Source: a bacterium (lineage in GTDB: Bacteria; UBA8248). Taken from it: a stretch of 64,000 bases of DNA. Positions 19,249 through 28,963 of the stretch are shown in pieces. Position 1 is the first letter of the stretch; each line of letters starts with the position of its first letter. A program made the position numbers and the translations under genes. The notes below the pieces were generated by a model. The model was not told the origin of the DNA, made no database searches, and saw only the letters and a list, made by a program, of their open reading frames with translations. Location of the stretch: positions 832,001 through 896,000 of the forward strand of contig OZ244799.1 in assembly GCA_965219955.1 (NCBI GenBank). Reading direction: 5' to 3'.

Positions 19249-20625
19249 ATGGAAACGATGAGCGACAAACTGGCGCGTTTCGCCGCCGGCTTATCTTACG
19301 AGGATATTCCCGGACAGGTGATCGAAAAGGCGAAGCTCCATCTTTTGGACGCCCTGGGGATAGGCCTTGCCGCAACGAGGGAGGCCTACGCCGATGCGGT
19401 GACGAAAACGGCGCGCGATTGGGGCGGCAATCCCCAGGCCACCGTATGGCGCTACGGTGACAGGCTCCCCGTCGCTCACGCCGCCATGGTGAACGGCAGC
19501 TACGTGCACGGGCTTGATTTCGACGATACGCATACGGATTCCATCACCCACATGAGCGCCTGCGTGGTGCCGACGGCGCTGGCCGCGGGCGAGGCCGCCA
19601 GCGCGAGCGGGCGGGATATCCTCGCGGCCATGGTGGCGGGCTATGAGGTCATCGCCAGAATCGGGGGCGCGGTGCCGGGTGCGTTTCACGCCGAGGGCTA
19701 TCACGCCACCCCGATATGCGGCGCCTTTGGCGCGGCGGCCATCATGGGGCGTCTGATGAACCACTCGCCCGAAGCCATCGCCAACGCCTTCGGCGTGTGC
19801 GGGAGCCAGGCGGCGGGGATTCAGGAGTTCTTGGACGATGGAAGCTGGGTGAAGCGCTTTCACCCGGGCTGGGCTTCCCATGCGGGCGTTACCGCCGCGC
19901 AGATGGCGGGCCACGGGTTCATGGGCCCCCGAAAAGTCCTGGAGGGCAGGTTCGGTCTATATGCGACGCACTTGAGCGACCCGGCCTACGACGCGGAAAT
20001 CCTGGCGGGCGGACTCGGCGAGCGCTGGGAGACGCTGCGGATTTCGTTCAAGCCCTATCCTTGCTGCCATTTCAATCACGCGGCGATGGATGCGGCGAAA
20101 AACCTGGTGCGCGAGGCGGGCATATCCATTGATGAGATCGATGAGATCGAGACCATCACGCCCGAGCCGATCCTCCACATCGTGTGCGAGCCCATCGAGC
20201 ACAAGCGAAGGCCCAACACGCAGTATGCGGCCTTGTTCAGTCTGCCCTATTGTCTGGCCGTCAACGTGGTGAAGGGCCGAGCCACGCTCGATGATTTCGA
20301 GGAAAAACATCTGGGCGACGCTCAGGTGCTCGAACTGGCCGGTAAGGTGAGGTGCACGGGCGTGGAATCGGACAGGTTCCCCAAATACCTGCATGGCGGC
20401 GTGAGGATGGCGCTCAAGGACGGCCGCGTCCTGGAGCGCGATGAGCCCGTCAACTGGGGCAATCCCGAAAACCCGATGGAATGGGCGGACGTCGAGGCGA
20501 AGTTCCGGGGGAACGCGGGCCGCGTCCTGCCGGAGCGCAAGGTCGTTTCCGCCGTGGAGGCCGTCATGGGGTTCGAGAAGGCGCCCGGCGCAGACGCCTT
20601 GATGAACGCTTGCAAGGCGGCCTGA
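19249..20625 (+). CDS. MmgE/PrpD family protein
   Basis: HGLDFDDTH, GYH, KRFHPG, FKPYPCC. Confidence 0.92.
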   Translation: METMSDKLARFAAGLSYEDIPGQVIEKAKLHLLDALGIGLAATREAYADAVTKTARDWGGNPQATVWRYGDRLPVAHAAMVNGSYVHGLDFDDTHTDSITHMSACVVPTALAAGEAASASGRDILAAMVAGYEVIARIGGAVPGAFHAEGYHATPICGAFGAAAIMGRLMNHSPEAIANAFGVCGSQAAGIQEFLDDGSWVKRFHPGWASHAGVTAAQMAGHGFMGPRKVLEGRFGLYATHLSDPAYDAEILAGGLGERWETLRISFKPYPCCHFNHAAMDAAKNLVREAGISIDEIDEIETITPEPILHIVCEPIEHKRRPNTQYAALFSLPYCLAVNVVKGRATLDDFEEKHLGDAQVLELAGKVRCTGVESDRFPKYLHGGVRMALKDGRVLERDEPVNWGNPENPMEWADVEAKFRGNAGRVLPERKVVSAVEAVMGFEKAPGADALMNACKAA

Positions 20626-21320
20626 TGACGAAAGACGCCTGGGGGGCTGAGGAGTTCGCCAAAAGCTGGGACGCGGTGAACGCCGCGCGGGACAACCCCG
20701 ACCGGGCGAATCAACTCGATATGCTCATCTCCCTCCTCGAGGGTGTAAAGCCGGACGATGGCTGGATGCTGGATTTGGGTTCAGGCTCCGGCCAGGTGGA
20801 AGCCCTTATTTTCGAACGCATACCCCATGCAAAGGTTGTGTGTCTCGACAGTTCCGGGGAGATGCTCAAACTCGCTTCAGAACGCCTGAGTGTTTATGAG
20901 GGCAGATATCAGCCGATTCTCTGCGACATGAACGACCTGAAAGAGGTCGAATTTCCCCGTGCGCCTTATGCGGCGGTATTCAGCAGCCAGGCCCTGCATG
21001 AGATTCCCCACGCGAGCAAACAAGCGGTCTACGAGAAAGTGTACGGGCTCCTGCGTCCGGGAGGCGCTTTCTATATCCTGGATCGGATCGAGCCGCGCTT
21101 CGACGACCTGCCCGATGATTATGAGCGCGTGTGGAATCGCCTGAACCGGCGAATGGATGCGCCGATGACTTTTCACGAGTATCGAGAACGCTACGGGGGG
21201 AAAGACGATTACCCCGCAAAACTGGATGAGCAACTCGGGTGGCTGGTGGCCGCAGGCTTTGCCGCCGCGCCCCTTTATCTGCACTACAACCGCGCGCTCA
21301 TCGCGGCGCGTAAGGCCTAA
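20625..21320 (+). CDS. Class I SAM-dependent methyltransferase
   Basis: LDLGSGSG motif; TGATG stop/start overlap with the upstream gene. Confidence 0.85.
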   Translation: MTKDAWGAEEFAKSWDAVNAARDNPDRANQLDMLISLLEGVKPDDGWMLDLGSGSGQVEALIFERIPHAKVVCLDSSGEMLKLASERLSVYEGRYQPILCDMNDLKEVEFPRAPYAAVFSSQALHEIPHASKQAVYEKVYGLLRPGGAFYILDRIEPRFDDLPDDYERVWNRLNRRMDAPMTFHEYRERYGGKDDYPAKLDEQLGWLVAAGFAAAPLYLHYNRALIAARKA

Positions 21321-21745
21321 CCCCCTTTTCTCAGGAGGAATTCTTCCAGGACGCTCCTGAGCGTGTGTCCGGAAATGGTCTCCAGGGCGTCCTCGGGGGA
21401 GAGCCAGACGCGCCTTCGCTCGTGGCTCTCGGGCCAGTCGTCCTCTACGACTTCGACCTCGATTTCGAAGATGTCGACTTTGCACCTGCCCGCGCCGATA
21501 TCGTATTCATAACGCGCGATGGGCTCCTCCGACGCCACGCCGCGAACACCGCTTTCCTCCCAGGTTTCGACAATGGCGGCCTCCTGGGCGGTCTGCCCCG
21601 GCTCCACGCCGCCCTGGGGCACTATCCACCAGGGATGCTCATGGTCCAGGGGTTTGTCGCGCGTGGTGATGAGGAGGATTTCCAGCCCATTCTCGGTTTT
21701 GCGCCAGGGCACGGCCCCGGCCAGGTTGAATCTGTTTCGTTTCAT
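21317..21745 (-). CDS. NUDIX hydrolase
   Basis: GGVEPGQTAQEAAIVETWEESG Nudix box; WPE..RRRVW. Confidence 0.88.
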   Translation of the reverse strand: MKRNRFNLAGAVPWRKTENGLEILLITTRDKPLDHEHPWWIVPQGGVEPGQTAQEAAIVETWEESGVRGVASEEPIARYEYDIGAGRCKVDIFEIEVEVVEDDWPESHERRRVWLSPEDALETISGHTLRSVLEEFLLRKGG

Positions 21746-21764
21746 GGTGGTGTCCCTATATCAA

Positions 21765-22847
21765 TCAAGCTGCCTGAACCCGCGCCCAGGTCTCCTCGAT
21801 CAGGCGTTCGTAATCCTCGCCCAGATACAACGGAAACTCCGACGCTTTGGTTACTTCAGGAGGCGGAAATATGGCCGGGTTGTTCCGGTACGGAGCAGAC
21901 ATTCTGGCCTTCGCCGCCGCGTTGGGGGTGGCGTACTGGATGAAATCCGCAATCGCAGCGCCGACGTCGGCCCTCAGCAGAAAATCGATGAACTTGTGCG
22001 CGTTTTCGGGGTGCGGCGCGCCTTTGGGAATACACAGGCAATCCTGCCACAAGAGTCCGCCTTCCCTGGGCACGACGTAGCCGATGTCGGCGTCTTTCTT
22101 CATGACCTGGAGAATGTCGCCGTTCCATTCCATGGCCAGATCGACTTCTCCTTTGAGCAGCAAATCCTGTCCGTTATCGTCTGCGAATACCTTGACGTGG
22201 GGCTTCTGGCGGATGAGCATCTCCTCCACCTGCTTTATCAGGGCGGGGTCTGTAGCGTTCAGGGAGTGCCCCAACAGCTTGAGGCCCATCTGAATCGCAG
22301 TGCCCTTATCGCCCATGAGTGCGATGCGGCCCGTGAATTTATCCGAGGCGAGGAGCCACTTCCAACTGTCGGGAACACCCTCGACGCGCGATTTGCGATA
22401 GCCGACGCCGGCCGTGCCCCACATGTAGGGTTGGGAATACTTGCGGCCCGGATCATAGGCGGCGTCCTGAAAAGCCGGGTCGATGTTCGCCTTGTTGGGG
22501 ATCAGGGAATGATCGAGCGGCATGAGCATCCCGGCGGCGATCATGCGCTCGACGTAGTTGTTGGTCGGCACGATCACGTCATAGCCCGGGTTGCCTTTCT
22601 GGAGTTTGGCGAACAGTTCATCGTTGTCGGCGAACTGGTCCATCTTCACGTCGATTCCGCTCGCGGCCTTGAAATCGGCCAGCGTGGTTTCGCCGATGTA
22701 GGTGTCCCAGTTGTAGAAATTCAGTTTTTTGTCTTCGGCGCTCCAGGCGCCAGGAGATGAAAACCTCAGGGCCGCCGCTGCAGCGCCTAGACTGAAGAGA
22801 AAGGTTCGGCGGGATAAGCCGGACAAAAGATTATCTTGTTTTGGCAT
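21765..22847 (-). CDS. Polyamine ABC transporter substrate-binding protein (PotD/PotF-like), Tat signal
   Basis: SRRTFL, FYNWDTYI, PYMWG, VPREG, FIDFL. Confidence 0.9.
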   Translation of the reverse strand: MPKQDNLLSGLSRRTFLFSLGAAAAALRFSSPGAWSAEDKKLNFYNWDTYIGETTLADFKAASGIDVKMDQFADNDELFAKLQKGNPGYDVIVPTNNYVERMIAAGMLMPLDHSLIPNKANIDPAFQDAAYDPGRKYSQPYMWGTAGVGYRKSRVEGVPDSWKWLLASDKFTGRIALMGDKGTAIQMGLKLLGHSLNATDPALIKQVEEMLIRQKPHVKVFADDNGQDLLLKGEVDLAMEWNGDILQVMKKDADIGYVVPREGGLLWQDCLCIPKGAPHPENAHKFIDFLLRADVGAAIADFIQYATPNAAAKARMSAPYRNNPAIFPPPEVTKASEFPLYLGEDYERLIEETWARVQAA

Positions 22848-22871
22848 CGAAGAAATTACTCGTGATTTCCA

Positions 22872-23255
22872 TCAAGAATCTTCCAGTGTGCAGAACACCT
22901 CCACGAGGTTGTCCGAGGGGTCTCTGAAGAAAAGTTGCCGTAGTCCCAGCCCGGCGTTGACGCCGTCTTTCACGTCCACGCCCGCGATTTCGAGCCTACG
23001 CTTCACGGGTTCCAGGTCCGACGCTGCGAAAGCGAAATGCGTTTCACCGGCCCCGGTGCCCGGGATGGTCGTTTGGCTCGCGCGGTCCCGGCTCCCCGTG
23101 AGATGAAGCTGGCAGGCGCCCGCCTGGAACCAGTAGCCTGGATTCGGCAGATCCGGGCGGTCGATTTCCGCGAGTTCCAGCAGGCCGGCGTAGAAATCGC
23201 GCGCTTCTTCCAGGTCATCGACGCTGATGGATATGTGGTGCATTCCCTCCAGCAT
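22872..23255 (-). CDS. VOC/glyoxalase family protein
   Basis: MHHISI, HFAF, FFRDPSDNLVE. Confidence 0.85.
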   Translation of the reverse strand: MLEGMHHISISVDDLEEARDFYAGLLELAEIDRPDLPNPGYWFQAGACQLHLTGSRDRASQTTIPGTGAGETHFAFAASDLEPVKRRLEIAGVDVKDGVNAGLGLRQLFFRDPSDNLVEVFCTLEDS

Positions 23256-23272
23256 GAATCCGCCTCCGCTTT

Positions 23273-24124
23273 TCAGTCGGTGGATGTGGCTACGAACTCC
23301 GGCTTGATTTTTTCGGGTATGATGCCCGCCTCCGCGGCGCGGTTCAACAACGTGGAGACGGCCTTTCGCCCGGCGTCGCCGTACGAGCGCGTCCATTCGT
23401 TCACGTACATGCCGACGAAAACGTCCGCCTTGTCACGCGGCAAATCCCTGGCGTAGGCCATGGCGTGGTCGAGCGCCTCGTCCCGGTTCTCGAGCGCGTA
23501 GACGATGCTCTGGTGAAGCAGGCGGCTCACTTCGCCCACGACCTCGGGGCCCAAATCTTTTCGGATGACGTTGCAGCCCAGGGGCAGGGGGCCTCCGGTT
23601 TCTCGCATCCACCATTTGCCGAGGTCTTCCACGAGATGAAAGCCCTCCTCCTCATAGGTGAGCTGGCCCTCGTGGATGAGAAGACCCGCCGGGGAGTTTC
23701 CGTTTTTCACCTCGTCCATGATGTGGTCGAAATGCACCACGCGGTGTTTCGGTTCCTCGCCCCCCATATACAGCCGGAGCGTGAGATAGGCCGTCGTCAG
23801 CAGGCCGGGGATGGCGACTTCCACGTCCCGGAGCGCATCGGGCGTCATCGGCTCGCGCGAGATGATGACGGGGCCGTAATTCTCCCCGAAACTCGCCCCG
23901 TGCGGCAAGATGGCGTAGCGATCGGCCAGATGGCAGTACGCGTGAAAGCTGATGGCGCTCACCTCGTACTTGCCCTCGAAAGCGGCCTGGTTCAGCGTCT
24001 CGATGTCGTGGAGTTCATGGATGAATTCATACGCTCCCTGGGCGATCTTCCCGTTCGCCAGGGCGTGAAACATGAAGGCATCGTCCGAATCGGGGCTATG
24101 GGCGACGCGAATTACTTTCGACAC
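23273..24124 (-). CDS. mqnD: 1,4-dihydroxy-6-naphthoate synthase (futalosine menaquinone pathway)
   Basis: HSPDSDDAFMF, DIETLN, IHEGQLTY, PLPLG, MYVN. Confidence 0.88.
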   Translation of the reverse strand: MSKVIRVAHSPDSDDAFMFHALANGKIAQGAYEFIHELHDIETLNQAAFEGKYEVSAISFHAYCHLADRYAILPHGASFGENYGPVIISREPMTPDALRDVEVAIPGLLTTAYLTLRLYMGGEEPKHRVVHFDHIMDEVKNGNSPAGLLIHEGQLTYEEEGFHLVEDLGKWWMRETGGPLPLGCNVIRKDLGPEVVGEVSRLLHQSIVYALENRDEALDHAMAYARDLPRDKADVFVGMYVNEWTRSYGDAGRKAVSTLLNRAAEAGIIPEKIKPEFVATSTD

Positions 24125-24162
24125 GGGTTTCGTTTCTCCAAAAGTGCGGTTTTCGTGAGATT

Positions 24163-25290
24163 TCAGGCATCAGAGGGCGATAGATAATCCCGCCTCAAAT
24201 CCGGCGCCCCTCCCTCGGCTGCGGAGCGCAAAAGAGCGCCGATGAGCGCCGCCATGGCTTCGAGGTCTGACTCCATGAACGTTTCCACCGGGCTGTGGGA
24301 ATAGCGCCTGGGCATATTGATCGGCACGGTGGGCAATCCGCCCGGCCGGGATTTGCTCAAGGTGGCGGAATCGAGAAACGTGCCCACGAAAACGTCTTCC
24401 TGCAAGGGGACATGGGCGTCGCTCGCCACGTCCTTCACCCACTGGATCAGCTCGGGCGGGGTGATGTAGCCGTAAAGACTCATGGGTTGGTGGTCGTACC
24501 TGCGCAATACGGGCCCGGCTCCGATTTTCGACCCACGGGCGTCGGAGCGGCCCGGGCCGTCCGAGGGCACGTTGTCGAGCACGATGGCGAGAGAGGGCGG
24601 GTCGGCTCCTTTCTCATCCACCGATAGTACCGAAGCGCCGCGCCCGCCGATTTCCTCCTGGGCGCAAAAGGCGGCGCTCAGGCGAAGCCTGTCCGAGAGG
24701 GAGCCTGCCGTGTTGATGAACGCCTCCACGCACAGGGCGCAGCCCGAGCGGTTGTCCACCGCCTTCGATTTCCAGGCTCCTCCTGGAAGCTGGATGAAGG
24801 GGCTGTGGAATACGCCAGGCGTGCCCGCCTCGATGCCGAGGGCGCGAATCGGCGCATCGTCCGAAGCGCCTAAATCTATCCACATCTCATCGACGCCGGG
24901 GTGCTCCTGGCCTTGTAAGGACTGGAGATGTCCGCTGCGCACGTTGACGACGCCCCGGTGGAGATTCCCGTCCAGCGTCAGGAGGGCGACCTCGCGGCCC
25001 GGGAAAATCGCATCAGCCACGAGCCCCACTTTTTCAAAGCGAATCGCGCCGCCCGCCTCCACGTTCGTGACGATGAGGCCGACCTCGTCCATGTGGCATT
25101 CCAGAACGATGTGAGGCGCTGACTCGTTCGCCTCGTGCCGGGCGATGAGGTTCCCGATATCGTCGCGCCGCAACTCGCTCGCGCTGTCCTTTACCATCTC
25201 CGCGATGGCGTCGCGCACGGCGCCCTCATGACCCGGCGGGCCGGGCAGGGAGCACAGCGTCTTCATTCTATCGAGCAGGACCGATGGCAT
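24163..25290 (-). CDS. M42 family metallopeptidase
   Basis: HMDE, DNRSG, QEEIG, RYSHSP ligands. Confidence 0.88.
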   Translation of the reverse strand: MPSVLLDRMKTLCSLPGPPGHEGAVRDAIAEMVKDSASELRRDDIGNLIARHEANESAPHIVLECHMDEVGLIVTNVEAGGAIRFEKVGLVADAIFPGREVALLTLDGNLHRGVVNVRSGHLQSLQGQEHPGVDEMWIDLGASDDAPIRALGIEAGTPGVFHSPFIQLPGGAWKSKAVDNRSGCALCVEAFINTAGSLSDRLRLSAAFCAQEEIGGRGASVLSVDEKGADPPSLAIVLDNVPSDGPGRSDARGSKIGAGPVLRRYDHQPMSLYGYITPPELIQWVKDVASDAHVPLQEDVFVGTFLDSATLSKSRPGGLPTVPINMPRRYSHSPVETFMESDLEAMAALIGALLRSAAEGGAPDLRRDYLSPSDA

Positions 25291-25399
25291 TTGATAATCC
25301 CGAAACTGTGAGCATTTCCGATGAAATCCCGAGCGCGGCAATACTCTCACGGAGGGCAACACTTGCCAAGCCTGAGCGCCTTTGGCGCTGAAAAACAAA

Positions 25400-25428
25400 T
25401 TGACCGTACAGGGGTGAGGATGTAGGCT
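25400..25428 (+). promoter_or_regulatory. Putative sigma70 promoter
   Basis: TTGACC-17nt-TAGGCT upstream of the glycosyltransferase gene. Confidence 0.4.
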
Positions 25429-25472
25429 TTGGCGCGATACCCTCGTAAACGAATGATGCGCCCGGCCCCCGG

Positions 25473-26192
25473 ATGGAGAGAACTGCGGTGAGCGATGACG
25501 GCCAGATGACGGATTTACTGAGCGTGGTGATGCCGTGCTACAACGAGCTGGACACGATTCGCGAAATCGTCGCCAGAGTCCAGGCGGTGGCGATGAACAT
25601 CGAGCTCATCATCGTGGACGACGGCAGCACGGACGGCACCCGGGACATCCTGGCCGAGATCGAACAAAACGGCGCGCGCGTCATCTACCGCGAGAAGAAC
25701 GAGGGCAAGGGGGCCGCCTTGTGTGACGGCTTCGCGGCGGCGAACGGGGACGTGATCGTCGTGCAGGATGCGGACCTGGAGTACGACCCCGCCGAATACG
25801 CCGATCTCTATGACCCGATACGTCGGGGGGAGGCCGACGTGGTCTACGGCACGCGCTTCGGCGGAAAACCCCAGCGCGTGCACATGTTCTGGCACAAGGT
25901 GGGAAATTGGATGCTGACCACGCTGGCGAATCTGCTTTTCAACTGCACGCTCACCGACATGGAAACCTGCTACAAGATGTTCCGCCGCGAGGTGGTGAAG
26001 GACATGAAAATCCGCGCCAGGGGGTTCGATTTCGAGCCGGAATTCACCGCGAAAATCCTGAAGCCCGCGAAATGGCGCATCTACGAGGTGCCGATATCCT
26101 ACTACGGGCGCACCTATGCGGAGGGCAAGAAGATAACGTGGCGAGACGGTTTCATCGCCGTGTGGACCCTCCTGCGCGAGCGGTTTTCCTGA
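25473..26192 (+). CDS. GT2 glycosyltransferase (polyprenol-phosphate mannosyltransferase-like)
   Basis: PCYNE, VDDGSTDGT, QDADLEYDP, DMETCYK. Confidence 0.92.
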   Translation: MERTAVSDDGQMTDLLSVVMPCYNELDTIREIVARVQAVAMNIELIIVDDGSTDGTRDILAEIEQNGARVIYREKNEGKGAALCDGFAAANGDVIVVQDADLEYDPAEYADLYDPIRRGEADVVYGTRFGGKPQRVHMFWHKVGNWMLTTLANLLFNCTLTDMETCYKMFRREVVKDMKIRARGFDFEPEFTAKILKPAKWRIYEVPISYYGRTYAEGKKITWRDGFIAVWTLLRERFS

Positions 26193-26193
26193 A

Positions 26194-27267
26194 TCATCCC
26201 CTCACGCGGGCGCACACTGCCTCGGTGATGGCCTTGGAGCCGTCGACGGCGCGCCCTTTGTTGTCCAGGCGAATCTCCCCGGCTTCGAGTGCTCCCCAGA
26301 CGCTGGTTTCTATCTGATTCGCGGCCTCGCTCTCCCCGATGTGGGCGAGCATGAGAGCAGCGGAGAGGATGAGGCTCAAGGGGTTGGCGATTCCCTGCCC
26401 GGCGATGTCGGGGGCCGAGCCGTGAACCGCCTCGAAAAAGGCGAATTTCTCCCCGATGTTCCCCGAAGGACACATGCCGAGGCCTCCCGCCGTGGCGCCG
26501 CCCAAATCGCTCAGCAAATCGCCCAGCATGTTCTCCATCACCAGCACGTCGTAATGTTCGGGGCGGATCACCAGGTTGTAGGCGCAAGCGTCCGAATACA
26601 GGGTTTCCGCCTCGATATCGGGGTAATCGGCGGCGACTTCCAAGACAATTTCCCGGAAAAACGCCAGCGAGCGAAGGACGTTGCCCTTGTCCACGCAGGT
26701 GACGCGCCGCACGCCGTCTTCGGGCGCGCCGTTTCTCTTGCGCGCGAGTTCAAAGGCGAAACGGGCGACGCGCTCCGCCCCTTTTCGGGTGATGATCAGG
26801 GTGTCGGCCACGGCTTCGGAGCCGCCGACCCCCTTGTCGCGCGAGGCGTAGAGTCCCTCGGTGTTCTCGCGGATGACGACGTAGTCGATGTCGCCGGGCT
26901 TATAGTCCGCAAGCGGACTCCGGATGCCCGGGTAGAGCTTGACGGGCCGCATGTTGGCGAAGACGTCGAGCCCCGTTCTGAGCACGCCGCCGAGAAGCCC
27001 GCCCTCGGTGCCCTCCGGCGTTCGGACAGCCGGGTCCCCCACGGGCGATTTGAGGATGCCGTCCGCCTCGCGGCAGGCCTGCATGGTTTCATCGCTGATG
27101 CGCTTTCCGTACTTGGCGTAGCGGCCCGCCCCCGCCTCGTGCTCCTCGAGGTTGAGTTTCAACGTCTCGTTCACCTCCTGTACGGCTTCGAGCACGGCGA
27201 TGGTGGATTCCATGAGTTCGGGGCCGATTCCGTCCCCCGGGATGGTGATGATTCGATATGCCATCAT
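26194..27267 (-). CDS. Isocitrate/isopropylmalate dehydrogenase family protein
   Basis: PGDGIGPE, RENTEGLY, NMLGDLLSD, FEAVHGSAPD. Confidence 0.92.
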   Translation of the reverse strand: MMAYRIITIPGDGIGPELMESTIAVLEAVQEVNETLKLNLEEHEAGAGRYAKYGKRISDETMQACREADGILKSPVGDPAVRTPEGTEGGLLGGVLRTGLDVFANMRPVKLYPGIRSPLADYKPGDIDYVVIRENTEGLYASRDKGVGGSEAVADTLIITRKGAERVARFAFELARKRNGAPEDGVRRVTCVDKGNVLRSLAFFREIVLEVAADYPDIEAETLYSDACAYNLVIRPEHYDVLVMENMLGDLLSDLGGATAGGLGMCPSGNIGEKFAFFEAVHGSAPDIAGQGIANPLSLILSAALMLAHIGESEAANQIETSVWGALEAGEIRLDNKGRAVDGSKAITEAVCARVRG

Positions 27268-27383
27268 GCTCTCTCCTGTGGTGGTGTATTTTAGGCGGCT
27301 CGCCTCTTCATTCGAGCAGGTGAGCGGGTATAATCACCTCTCAAGGGGAGCGCGTTTACATCAATATGGGAGTGTAGCGAAAA

Positions 27384-28151
27384 TTGTTTCGGTTGGAGAA
27401 CCCTCAGAGCGAATCTTTCCAGAAATTCCTGCGCGAACAGGGGCTGCTGCGGTTGCGCTTCACCGAAGCCACAGCCGAGGGGGGAGAGTCCCTCGCCATT
27501 TGGGTGGACGACCTCACTGCGCCCAAGGTGGCGGTGAGCACAGGGCGCGGCTGGCTCGCGCCGCTCGGACGTCCCGAGGCGATACTCGCAAAACTGGGAG
27601 ACATGGAGCGCCTCTCCGCGCAGATGGAAGAGAGCGACGGGTATCTCAAGTTCTCCTCCATTCCATTCGAGGTTCAAAAGGCGCTCGAGAGGCGAAGAAA
27701 ACTCATCCGGGGCTCTCCCGTGGGCATGTTCATTTTGGAGAAAAAAGATTTCAGGCCCGTCTTCAGCACCCACCAGATTGAGAGCCTGAAAACCGAAGAT
27801 GCGAAGACGCTGGCCGAGAATTCACCCTACGACCAGGGGGAGGAATACGCCCTGGCGAGAATCCGAAACACTCCCACCGCGGCGATACGCATCGAGGGCG
27901 AACTCGCCTCCTACATTGTCGTTCATGCGAACGGCTCAATCGGCATGCTGCACACGATGGATCGATTCCGGGGACAGGGGCTTGCGCGCGTGGTGGTGTC
28001 GGCCCTGGTCGAGGCGCAATTCGACAGGGGACGCGAGGTGTATTGCTATATCGTGGAAGGAAACGAGGCGTCCGAGCGCGTGTTCGAAAGCGTGGGCTTC
28101 AAGAGGGTGATGGACGTCTACTGGAGTGCTTTCGAAAGGCGCGAGGCCTGA
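27384..28151 (+). CDS. GNAT acetyltransferase (FR47-like C-terminal domain)
   Basis: FRGQGLA acetyl-CoA motif and NEAS..F...GF. Start uncertain. Confidence 0.8.
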   Translation: MFRLENPQSESFQKFLREQGLLRLRFTEATAEGGESLAIWVDDLTAPKVAVSTGRGWLAPLGRPEAILAKLGDMERLSAQMEESDGYLKFSSIPFEVQKALERRRKLIRGSPVGMFILEKKDFRPVFSTHQIESLKTEDAKTLAENSPYDQGEEYALARIRNTPTAAIRIEGELASYIVVHANGSIGMLHTMDRFRGQGLARVVVSALVEAQFDRGREVYCYIVEGNEASERVFESVGFKRVMDVYWSAFERREA

Positions 28152-28267
28152 GCCTGACTCACCAGGCGCTCGCGGCGCGAGGTGGTTCTCCTCCACAGAA
28201 TCGACAAAATTATGAAAATGGATTAGCTTTCCTTCTCGTCATTCATCTTTTCACAGGAGGTTGATAG

Positions 28268-28906
28268 ATGCAGAAAGAAGACTATATCGACAGGCCGCCT
28301 GGCCCTCTCGGGGGTTTGTGGAGCATGTGGTACCTGGACCCGTTTCTGATGATCAAGCGCGAGTTGAGCGGGTTCAGAAAGGTCCGCCACAAGGCGTTCG
28401 AGGATCAGCTGAAACCCGGCCAGCCCGCGCCTCCGGTGAAACTCCAGAGCACGTCTGGAGAAACCGTGGACCTGGCCGATTTTCGCGGGAAGAAGAACGT
28501 GGTCCTGGAGTTCGGCGCCATTACGTGACCGCCCTTCCGCCGGCAGGTGCCGGGCATGGACGAACTGCATGAGCGCTACAAGGACAAGGACGTCGAGTTC
28601 TTCGTCGTCTATTCCAAGGAACCTCACGCGCAGGAGCGCAAGTATTTCAAAAAATACACCCAGCACACCTCCTTCGAGCACAAGATGGGCTACGCAAAGG
28701 AATTGGTGGCCGAATTCGGCATGAAAATCCCCGTTCTGGTGGACGACGTCGACGAGGCGGTGGTGAACGCCTACGGGCGCATGCCGAACATGGTCTTCGT
28801 CATCGACAAGGAGGGGAACATCGCCTACAAGGCGAGCTGGACGGAGCAGCCCCGGGTCGACCGGGTGATCGATGAACTACTCGCCGAGCAGGCCGTTTCG
28901 GCTTAA
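28268..28906 (+). CDS. Iodothyronine deiodinase-like selenoprotein (Sec87 encoded by UGA 28526-28528)
   Basis: Two in-frame ORFs are joined by a single TGA, reading EFGAIT-U-PPF, with YSKEPH and AYGRMP downstream. AhpC/TSA-like N-half; SECIS-like hairpin follows the UGA. Confidence 0.9.
28529..28560 (+). promoter_or_regulatory. Bacterial SECIS-like element
   Basis: 11 nt after the UGA: CCGGC-AGGT-GCCGG hairpin with GU in the apical loop. Confidence 0.75.
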
Positions 28907-28918
28907 GCGAAGCGGAAG

Positions 28919-28952
28919 AAAAAAGGCGGCTCCTCGGGGCCGTCTTTTTTTT
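28919..28952. terminator. Bidirectional intrinsic terminator
   Basis: AAAAAAGGCGGCTC-ctcg-GGGCCGTCTTTTTTTT. Confidence 0.85.
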
Positions 28953-28963
28953 ATGGGCGCGAA

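Noticed and set aside
28268-28906. Pseudogene or two separate genes
   Set aside because: The TGA falls exactly at the catalytic Sec position of the deiodinase motif and is followed by a SECIS-like hairpin.
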